64,000 nt of DNA, from NCBI GenBank assembly GCA_965153455.1, contig OZ234494.1:1302001-1366000 (forward strand), in the 5' to 3' direction. How positions within the stretch are numbered: position 1 is the stretch's first letter; every line of letters starts with the position of its first letter. This stretch comes from Sphagnum compactum (taxonomy: Eukaryota). The position numbers and the translations under genes are program-made. The notes beneath the pieces are model-generated. The model was not told the DNA's origin, did no database searches, and saw nothing but the letters and a program-made list of their open reading frames with translations. Of the stretch, positions 39,595 to 50,516 are shown in pieces.

Positions 39595-42500
39595 AAGTAA
39601 AGTAGTAGATCATCGTACTTCCTAACCTTATTACTGCTCAACACGGAACAGGTCTTCATTTTCATTCCATTTTCATTTCTTTTTTGTTCAACATTTCATC
39701 AGTTTTAATGGTGGTATATGCTGTTGTATGTCAGTGCGGTGTGGCTCTTAAGCGTACACTTCTCCAAATTAGCTGTTCATTAGATAGCATTGTTACTCAA
39801 GACATATGTGGGCACCCCGAACCTACAAGTAAGTTCTTCAATTCATCTAACAACATGGAATGTAGGATGATCCTGACTATTTGTAGTCTTTACCCATTTT
39901 GAGTAATGGTAGAAGATGTGCCACTATAACACACCTATTTCCATTTCTTGATTATGGTAAGAAATGTGCAATATTGAAATCAAAATATCTTCAACTCAAT
40001 TGAATTTGACAATTCCTCGACTTGTAACCTTGAATTGCAAACCTTCCTAAACACTTTCTTATGTCTTGTTTCACCGTGTGAATCTTGTCATGTCATAAGT
40101 AGCTCCTACTAATATATCTTTTCACTAAAATGTCCATTTCCTTGACATGTCAAAACATTTGGTATCATCCGGGAAATCGATTTTCTTACAAGAATCCTAA
40201 TTGCTAGTCTTTCCATTTTTGACATTTTTGAACATCATAACAATTTAGTACTTCATCACCTATTGAACAACTATGATCATTGACACCCACCACAACAAAC
40301 TTTAGTACTATCTTCTCCTTTCATTTTTTATCCTAAGAAGGTCTTGCAAAATTAATAAATTAATCGCTTTTCATCATCTTTCCATGGTTCCAATCCTTCA
40401 CCAACTTACATATCCATATTGTGAATGGTTTTTTGGATCAAAATTGTCTAAAGGTTGCCTATTGTGGTGCATTACACTACAATGCTTAATTTCCAAGCAC
40501 TTCAATTACAATCCTTGAGGCTTCGTATTTGTCTCTTGGAATTCTAGATCTTCATTTGTAATGCACATGTTGCCAATGGGTCCTGTTAGTTCTTTGTTTT
40601 AGAGTGAGTCTCTATCCCCAAACCCTAAACCCTTTATAGCTATTCAGTCACCAACCAAAAGCCTTAACTTGCAATTTCAAATTGTGAAATTTCACTTAGA
40701 AGATCCTTCCTTGGAGATTATGATCATAATAAATAAATGCTCAACTTTGCTTGTAATTGGAATTTCTTTAAAATTTACTTATGGAGGTTGGACACCCATT
40801 TTTATGCATCAAACATGATACTTATATTTAATTTACAACACATAGTTTGGACATTTTTTCAAATATTTAATCATAAAGTGGGCAATCCAATTATAAATTG
40901 AACTTGCAAGGGGCTTCAACATGTGAAAACATTGTACAGAATATCATGGAAATAACTCATGTATGACATAAAATATAAATGTATTTTTAACATAAAAATA
41001 TGTATTAAGGTTAGGATTCTTGATCAATTTTTTTTCTTTAAAAAAAATAAAAAATCTTTGAGCATTTACATGTTAGGTATGTATTTAATTTTTTTTTTAA
41101 AAAAGGTATCACATGGAAAATGAATGGTAGCTTGAACTCCAAGAAAAATTCCTCAATTTAACCAATCTCCACCTCTTATGACAATTATTTCTCAAAACCT
41201 CAACATGATCAAAAAAAGAAAAATATCAATAACACAATGTCAATTTCATTGAATTCATTGCAAACACCAACTATGAAATTCAAATATGAATAATTAAAAA
41301 CTTGTTGCAAGCTCTACAGTCACAAAATAAAAGAGCACAAAATACTAAAAGCTCCAAAAAAATCAGAGAGCTCAAAATGCTAAAACTCAAAAAACAAACT
41401 AAACCCTAAAATTGAGTAATTTTGTAAATAAAAAAAGAATTTAGAAATTTAAAATAAAATTTTAGAAAAAAAAACCCTAATATGATAAAATTGGGTTTTA
41501 ATAGTTACCCCTTAGGGGGGCTTAGATATGCATTGTGCCAAGGCCATATGGCTTTCTTCAAGACCCCTTATTTTGGGAATGCCCCGACCCTTGTGTTTTA
41601 ATTTGCTTTGATGACTACTTTAAGGTCCCCATTTGCAACTCAACAAGTCTCGATTTGAGGCCATTAGCTCGATCCTATAGTGAGCACATAATAACATTAT
41701 AATACAAGACATAATCTCATAACCCCAACAAAGAAAAAGAAAGGTAAGTTATAAAATCCTTTTCAGTCTTCTAGACCGAATGTCACAACCCATTAGGTTA
41801 TATCTAAGTGCAAGTCTATGCACTAACAACTCTCACCAAATGGCAACAATCATAAGTTAAAGCATACTCATCGATGATCTTTCCAATACAAATGATATCT
41901 TTGAAAAACACATGGGGAGAGTCTTTGGAGCAAACAAAAGGAGCTTACTATCGAAACTATGTGTTGTTATGTTCTAACTACTAACAAAACATCTCCATGG
42001 GTAGTGGTAATATGGTCTCATGTACACAATAGTTTGGATGAAATACACTTACTTATTGTGAAACTGAGTTTCAATTTCAATTTTCTCCAGTTCCTTTTTT
42101 TTAAAAGCAAACCTTTTGGTCTCGGTTTTGACACTTAAAAAAATAATTTAACATGTGAATTTCATTTTGGCAATTTTTTTCAAATTCAAAAAAATTTCAA
42201 GTCTAGTTCAAAAATTGGGTTCAATCTCATGTACACACTACACATTCCCCAACAAGGCTGAAAATTTTCTAATTATAACAAGTTTGTGAAGGTATTGAGT
42301 TTTATGACAACTTAAAATTGAAATTTGTGAAAATATTAAGTTTTACTATAAGAATTTAAAAATATTTTTAAAAAAAAAACCCAACCACCTATCAAAAAAA
42401 TTTAACCTACTTACTTTTTCAAAATATTTCAATGTCTTTATTTTAAGAACTTTGAACTCGCTTTCAAGAGTTTATTTTCAAAGTTCTAATTTTGATTCTA

Positions 42501-43241
42501 TCAAAAGGCTAGTTACACAATCCAATCCTTGTATCGGTTTCACACCCAAAAAAAACAAAACAAAAAGAATGTTGAATCAGGTTGAGATCATAAAAACCTA
42601 AACCCTTGAGTTTAATACTCCAAAAATCAAAGAACTTGCCAACATCGATTCGGACCCATAAATATGCAAAAGATACAACGAACTTCAAAAGGGCTAATAC
42701 AAGGAAACAATTGGTTTTTCATTTGAGAGTAATGGTTGGCCGAGGTGATGGCATTTACATAAATATCACATTTCTATATTGTCTATAGTGATTTCTGCTA
42801 AGCTTAATTAATTGTGATGATCAACCTACTTGTATCTTAACAATCTCAATTTACATCGAATTGGCTTTTTCAAGGTATGGTGGAAATTACTCCTCTAATT
42901 GGAATTCTACTTCACAATGTTACAACTCTTGGAAAGGAGCGAGAGACCTTTTTCGCACACTAGATTTGAATTTACTTCCATAGAGCTATGGGTACTAAAA
43001 CTACAAACATAAGCCAAAAAGCCTCTTCCTTGTTGATGGAAGAGAGCATCCAAATTTGCCTCCAGGTGGTTCTTAGGGTTTAGGGTTACATTTGAGTTGA
43101 GGGGGGTGGTTTAAATTGAAGCCTTGACATTTGCAGAGGGTTTGGTGCCACAGAAAGTTACTCTCATCATCAACAAGTGACAAGAAAGGTCCCAAATTAA
43201 GAAACTAAGGTCCCAAAGAAGCTCAGTGGTCCCAGCTTAGT

Positions 43242-43267
43242 AACCCTAAACCCTAAACCCTAAACCC
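43242..43267 (-). repeat. Interstitial plant telomere-type repeat (CCCTAAA)n; other short tracts near 15547, 17245, 17485, 20827, 22205, 23362, 29307, 40620 and 43073
   Basis: aaccctaaaccctaaaccctaaaccc is directly visible; each tract has 2-4 units. Confidence 0.85.
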
Positions 43268-43343
43268 ATTCTTTCTTTTGGTATGGTGATGATCATCTAT
43301 AGACATTGCACAAGAGGTAGAAATTGAAGCCTTGGATAATTCT

Positions 43344-44956
43344 CTAATTACTTTTAGGTGGATGGGTTTCGGGGTCTCTATAGTCATCAAAGAAACCATC
43401 ACTAGAAGAAGAAGAAGAAGAAGAAGAAGAGTGGGAGAATTTTGTACTGGAGGAGTTGGAATCTTGAGTGCCTTTGATTGATAGTAGTTTTCGCCTGACC
43501 CTCACTACTTGTCTTTGAGCAGTTACAACCACAGCTGGCTGAGATGAACTCAGCCTTGTCTTATGATGATGATGATGATCTCTAACCATAATATTCCACA
43601 TTGCACTCTTCCAGATCTCGGTGATGAACTCTAGTAGCAGATTTGATGTGGTTATAACATGAGTCTCCAACATGTTAAATTTGTGATTCAGTGCAGTTAT
43701 ATTATGCGGTGGTCCAAGCACTCGACCAGGTTGATGCAGAAGTATGTCATGTGATGGCTGCCGCCTCCATTTTGATCTATGTCTGAAAGTCCTCCATCCG
43801 TGTGCAGCTTCTTTTTTGAAACTCAATGAGTAACTTGATGAACTAGTGGAGTGTAATTTGGGATGATTAGCTCCTGGCTGCATGGCATGATGATTTGCCA
43901 GGTCCTTAGACTGCTGCAACTGTGTTGTAATTGATTGTTGTTCTATGTGATGTGTCTGCCATAGTCACCAAGAAAAAAAATTGAGAAGAAAATTGCGAAA
44001 TTTTTGGTTAGTTTGCACAAATTTGGTCCAAGATTTGAACCAGTGCAGCAGATCTCTTGAAGGTGGTTAACACAGCTTGAGGGATTGAGCTTATAGAGAT
44101 CTAGATCCACTCCTTCAGCTCCAGGCTAAAATTCAACAATACTAATCCCAGAGCTCTGCGGGTGTTATGATTTGCATCATGGAAGCAAGAAGATTGCACC
44201 CAGTCTGATCCCCCAGAGAAGAGTGCAACTCAGTATGATCCGCAGAGCTGCCTAGCTAAAATTTAGATGATTACAGCCTCTTTGCATCAATTGCAAGTGA
44301 ATCTAGAATCAAATCACAATTAGAAGAGCTTGAAGCTTGAAATTTCTTGGAGCTTGAAAACTTTTCTTACATTCAATTTTCTTGTTGAAGTTGATGCATC
44401 CAGGTGGCTGAGATCTTGCACTACTGCAACCTGGACCTTGATCGCCACATTTTCCTCTATAACATTGATGAATCTTTCATGCTGCTGTTGATCTAGTCCT
44501 GTAAAAAACCATGGAAACAAAAATCACGGAAAACCTTCAGCTGCAAGATTAATTATAAAAGCATAGATTGCGAAAAAGCTCGACCTGCAAAGCTTCGTAG
44601 ATCAAAACACAGCAGCTAAGCGATCTTAGAAAATTGATTGCAGCACTTATATAAACATGCACATGATCGACGAGTCCGTCCATATATGCAAAGCCCGTGA
44701 TTGACACGACCACCAGCTGCTGCAAGACAGCGGCCCCGAGATTAGTACCAGTACTAGGACGTCGATCGACATGGCTGCACGCGGAACTGAATGAAGAAGT
44801 GCAGCTGCTGATGATCAACAACACGGTGTGGATCAAGACATGAAGAGCTACACTAGTGCAGGTACTGGTACACCACGAGAATGCAATAGTGGCGGCTATT
44901 GGAGTACCACCATCACGCCAGCTTCGTATTCTCCTAGTCCCAGCAGAGTCGACCAT
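43344..44956 (-). CDS. RGF/GLV/CLEL-type tyrosine-sulfated peptide precursor. Exons 44956-44749, 44498-44371, 43955-43344; 315 aa; predicted mature peptide DYRDPETHPPKSN (43385-43347)
   Basis: The last 13 residues before the stop fit the RGF/GLV pattern DY-x-x-P-x-x-HPP-x-x-N (Arabidopsis RGF1: DYSNPGHHPPRHN). A basic RVRRKLL motif precedes it. Exon 1 has a hydrophobic segment (VALHVLIHTVLLIISS). Junctions ACT G|gtacta...ttttttacag|GA CTA (phase 1) and AAT|gtaaga...ggcag|ACA (phase 0) join three ORF-track ORFs in frame (208+128+612 = 948 nt). Confidence 0.82.
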
Positions 44957-45164
44957 TCTGATCTCACAGCTGCTTTTGCATAGTAGCTGCTGCACGTTGG
45001 TTGATTCTCCTTAGACTCCTCGCACGGCCTACTTGTCCGGCCGGCTACTAGACTTGCATATTCGATCTGTTATGGCGGCGTTCTAAAGGACCATGAAACT
45101 AGCTAGATACTAAAGTTCGACAGGTAGCTGCCACTCATATTAGCCTCATCATCAATATTCTCAG

Positions 45165-45940
45165 GTGCAGCAGCAGCAGCAACAACAAATGGGTTTCTTT
45201 CTTGAATCTTTTGTTTTGCACCTCCTTAGAATCAAAAGAGCAGAAGCAGTAGCAGCAACAAGAGGGCTTCTGCTTTCTTCTTTCTTTTTGTCTCCTTAGA
45301 AATCAAAAGAGCATTAATTTGGGATCCAGCAGAAGCAACACCAACAACGGAAAGGACTTCTTCTTTCTTTCTCTCTCTTGCACCTCCTTAGAATCAAGTG
45401 AGCACTGGGATCCACCAGCAGCAGCAGCAACAACAACAACAAAAGGACTTAGCCTTTAAGTTCTTTCTTTCTTTTGCACCTCCTTTGAAATCAAAAGAGC
45501 ATTGGGATCCAGCAAAAACAACAACAACAACAACAACAAAAGGACTTCTTTCTTTCTTTCTTTCTTTCTTTCTTTTGCACCAGCTTCTTAGAAATCAAAA
45601 GAGCATTGGGATCCAGCAATAAGTTGAAAGCACTTTCTTTCTTTCTTTCTTTTGCACCAGCTTCTTAGAAATCAAAAGAGCATTGGGATTCAACAACAAC
45701 AACAACAACAACAACAACAGGACTTTCTTAGTTCTTTCTTTCTTTCTTTCTTTCTTTGTTGTTTCTTTGCTTTTGCTGCAGCTTCTGAGAATGAAAAGGG
45801 CATTGGGATCTGCAGCAGCAACAACAAAAGCACTGATCAACAACTTGTTTCTTAATGCATGTGTTGAACTTTGGTTTGCAGCTGAATGTGATGAGAATGC
45901 AAAAGCAAGGCTGCTGCTTGCATTGGGATCCAGCGACAAT
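45165..45940. repeat. Compound minisatellite, ~7-8 units of ~75-120 bp, immediately upstream of the RGF-like gene
   Basis: Recurring core tttgcacc(tc/agct)tcttagaaatcaaaagagcattgggatccagca, followed by variable (CAG/CAA)n, aaggact and (TTTC)n. Confidence 0.9.
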
Positions 45941-48900
45941 TTGGAAGTCAGTGGTGGGGGGATGAAGAAGGCTGCTGCTGCATCTTGGGAGTGGCACCAG
46001 CGCCATACATACATTACCTACATACATACATACATACATATGCATTCATGTCTGACATGCTTTTCTTACATGCATATACATACATGTCTGACATGCTTTT
46101 CTGACACCACCAACCATACTTACATGTAACCCTAATGCATCAAATTTATTATTACTGTGTAGTTAGTACCCTCCCGAACACATTTGGGCAACAAACAAAC
46201 TGTCGAATAATTAATTTAATTGAATTTCAAATCTTAACTTCGGCAGTTGGGTTTTTTTTACTCTGAAATTTTTGGCAGGTAATAAATAAATAATAAATAA
46301 TGTTTATAAAAATAATAAAAATCAACATGACTTTTTTAGGGTTTAGTCTATTATGTGTGTCTAAATTGTCATCATCTTATTAAATTCAAGGATTGGCTGA
46401 TCTAAAGTTCCAAAAAAACCCAACCGTCTGAATAATTTCAGAATTTAATTTTATAAAAAAAATTGTTAAAATTTCAACACAAGTAATAAAATAATAATAA
46501 TTTTTCAAAAATTCGACAAAATAAAAAATAATTTAACTTATGTCGAAACTGTTCATGTACTATTGTATTTCTTTTCGACACAAATTTCACACTTCCCCAG
46601 CAATTCGAGAGACTTCATTTCTACCAGTATCAGCTGCAGCTCTTCTTCTGTAACATGCTAAACCATCAAAAGCCATAAATAAAATAGCCACTAATAGAAT
46701 AACCACCAATAACCATTAATAAAATAATCACTAGTACCTAACTTATAAACGAGTTTTACACAAAATAACTTATCTATTAAAATAATGTGGAATTTGAAAA
46801 ATGAATGGACATTAGTGAAAAAACATCTTCAATTGCAATCACAATAATAAGAACCATAGCATGTGTAATTAATGTTTGGTTTTCATGTTTTAATGTCAAA
46901 AATTGTACCAAGGTTACAAAATTTTAAAATATTTTTACATGAACATGCTTTTTTAATACATTATAGAAACATGTGGAATAAATTGAATTAAATCTAATAA
47001 TATAAAATACTCAAAAGCACACACAAAACACTAATATAACATGTATGAGCAAATAGCGCATGGTGTCATTAGTCTTTTTTACTTTGTTCCACACTCACTC
47101 ACAAAATGTGAAGGCTGAGTGAGCTACAATCTCACTCCTGCTGAGTTCTAACTTGTTTGCACACTCCTTCCTCTACCATCAAGTACTACTGCATTGTACA
47201 AAAAGCATGACACAATGGATGGATGCTTTCAACAAATTTCATTGACGAGTAATCGAAAATGGTATATTGGGAATTTTTTGGAATCCTTCGTATGGTAGTC
47301 CATGGACCATTCCAAAAACAATTTCATAAATAACTACCTCATTTTCGAGCCTAACAATATTTCATTTATTTCTTAATAACTACTTCTTTTTCTTATTAAC
47401 TTTTTTAATAACTATCTCCCACTATATAATAATTGGGTTATGTGACGAAGGTAGTATATGATCTATGGTGGGAATGCACTTGGAGATCTTAACAGCCCCA
47501 GATCACTATATTTCAAAGGCCCTTTCTTAAGATCCTTTAGTATTCCACACAACTTAAAGGAGCCCTCTTTAAAAGTTAGCCCAATTGGGTCATCTTTATT
47601 TTGGGGGAAAGGGCCAAAGCTGATCAATTCTAGATATCTTCTTCCAAAAGTTGTTGCTTAACTGTAGTTTGTCGTCAAGCAAACTTATTAGCTTACCATA
47701 GTCAACAACATCCAGCAGCTCTAGCATCTTGCTTTCTGACATTGGGTTGATTGTTAAAATTGCCATCCTCTCTTCTTGCACCAAGCTAGCTAGGGAGGAG
47801 GAAGCTTGCAGGATGGCAGTTTGGGTAGAAGAAAAATTCCCCATCCTTTAAAATATGGCCAGGGGGAGAACACCAGGAGAACCTAGGGACAGTTATGCCA
47901 ATTTTGAGATGGGCAGTTGCAGACATAACATTGTTGTAAACCCTAATGTTAATTATAAACTTGGGTTAGCAGATTTGGTTGTAAGTTTGGGTGAGAATGA
48001 ATCCTACACCACAATCCATATCTTGGAGCCCTTGATTATTTTGTTTTTTTAATTGCCCAAATTTCCCAAAGGTCTAGTGATTATTATTATTATACACATG
48101 ACAGAATTTGGAAAACAAAAAAAAATCACACTTTGTTTGTTAAGGATTAGAGTATGATCTCCATCCACACCCTCTCTTTTTTTTTCTGGGTCTCTACCAT
48201 TGTTTCCCACATCTCACATTGAGTCTTAATTATTTCCCCATCCTCACCCATAAAACATGAAAGATTGGACAATATAAAGTGAATGCCTATTTAAATGCTA
48301 ACAACACTTAAGCCAATTAAAAAACATCATTCTCTTTTCTAGGTCCTTTCGATGACATCAAAAATATCATAAGCATATTTTACTTACGGGTACAAACTCA
48401 AAGTTCACATTATTAAAATAATGTGCCAAAGGCGATTGTATTTTATCAACCCTTGGTTTAAACTTTACAATGATAAATACCCCAATTTACAACGGAGCAT
48501 TATAATTAGTACAAGTTGCCCCCTCACTAATTAATAGAAGCACAACTAAATGTGCATTCTTTTGATGTAAAAATCCATTGTTGGGAAGGTTCTCACTTTT
48601 TGGAACAACCTTTGGAACTGGCTGATAATGGCAGGGTATGTATATATGTGTATGTATGTATGTATGTATGTATACCCTTGGCAGACGGTTCTCAAAACCA
48701 ACTATTGGTGAACACTAAAAGCCTGCCCATTTTTTTCACATGAAAGTGCTACTACAAGGAAGAAGAACTACTAATGGCCATGGAGAAACAAAAGTACAAA
48801 AGTTGTATTTGATTTGTGGATCATTAAAATTGTGATATTATTATAAGAGATCATAATTCAATTGTCAAGAGAGCTAGTAACAATTTGTTTTTGTTGCACA

Positions 48901-50220
48901 TCATTCATTCAATTATGACATTACCCATGAACCGAGCATGAAGCACACACAATTTAGGGGACAAAAGAGAGGTTGAAACAGGGTAATGTTTTGAAGGATA
49001 ACTTAGTTTAATATCTGACATCCATCCCTGGCAGGATGTGCAGGGCTTTCTTGCTTAGTAACATTGAAACTGGGTGTGGGTTGGTGTCACACATGGTAGC
49101 CATTCGAACATGAAGTTAAGCAAAGCCAGCTCATAAGCATTAAGTTAGTAGTAGCAAAGACTCTCTTCCAGCACGACTAGACTAGCCTTGCTGTGGAAGG
49201 ATGGGCTTGATTATAGCTTCCCCACCCATGCTTGCCACGGGTATGCCTCACTTGTCTACCATGTACCATATGTGCCAAGTTTGCCTGCTGGTTTCAGCAG
49301 GTTTAAGGGAGTCGACTTACTTACTGTCTGTCTGTCTGTCTGTCTTTTTGACTTGTTTGTTGCTTGTGGGAGATGCCATTGCTTGTGGGAAATGCGGTTG
49401 CTTGCTTGTTTCTCATGCATGCACACCATACGTGCGGAAGCTGGACTTTTTGCCTGCTAGTTCCAGCAAGCGTTTGCCAGAGTTATGGTCTTTCATAATT
49501 TGTTTGGCTTTTTTTGGTGTGTACAGAGATCAAAACACTGGAGGAGAGGTGAGGCACCATGTCTCTCTCGTTACGTAACTTAGTCCCCACACCAATTCTC
49601 TCACACACACTTCACCTGCAAGCTTTTTTGACTTTGGGACGGACCCTACATTCAACTGAGAATCTACAGAAGAGAACTCACTCCAGTTCTCAAAACAATC
49701 AAGGCTCCTCCTCCCCCACCATTCTAACAATGTCATTGATTGGCCACATTATTCGCCTTTTTCTTCACCCCTGGGGCACAAGCCTATTCCTGCACATATG
49801 TACCCTGTATGTTTCAGTATCTTTTGTACACTAGTAATATTATAACCCTTTTCTATGTTCATTGATTCAACAACAATTTCTGTCCCCAAGTGTCTGACCA
49901 TAGAAGAACAAAAGATCAAGTTGCCAGAGACAAAGGGTGATGGAAGTACTGGGGGCAAGCAAGCAATTTGTGTCTGCAAAGCACTGGACCTTTGCTTTGT
50001 GGATATCACTTGTAAAATGCTCTACTCCACCTTGCAAGCCTTGAATTTGGTGAATGCTCTCTAATCCACCTTCCATGCCAATTTGTCCCCTACAATTTGT
50101 GGTTGGGTGTGTTCATCACAAACCACTAAGTAAGTTGCATCTGTGATTCTACCCAAGACACAAAAACCATTTTGTAAGGAAGGGTGCATAGTGTTGTGGG
50201 GAACCCCAAGTTTTGTGTTT

Positions 50221-50516
50221 TTGGATTCATTATAGAGTATAGTAGCTTAAGGGATTTTGCGCCCTCGGTAACATAGGTCTATTTATTTTTTTTATATGAG
50301 GATTTTTGAAAGATAATATTTTGGCTTGTGTTGAAACTTGAGTTTAGTTGTAAGAGTTATAATATCTTGAAGGATTTATTTTGGTTTCTTTTAGAGGATT
50401 TTCGGAAGATTATATTTTTGCATGGTGAGTTATTTGAGTTTCCATAACTTCTTTTGCCTTAAGATACTTTTTAATGTAAATGGCAAGGCTAGAGTTATTG
50501 TGACACGCCCCTTGTT
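50221..50516 (-). repeat. Dispersed repeat family, copy 4 (inverted)
   Basis: atagagtatagtagcttaagggat...gcttgtgttgaaacttgag...ttttggtttcttttagagga...cttttgccttaagat...tggcaaggc is the reverse complement of copies 1-3. Confidence 0.85.

Noticed and set aside
45398-46129. PolyQ/polyN ORFs
   Set aside because: Translations of the (CAA)n/(TTTC)n minisatellite.
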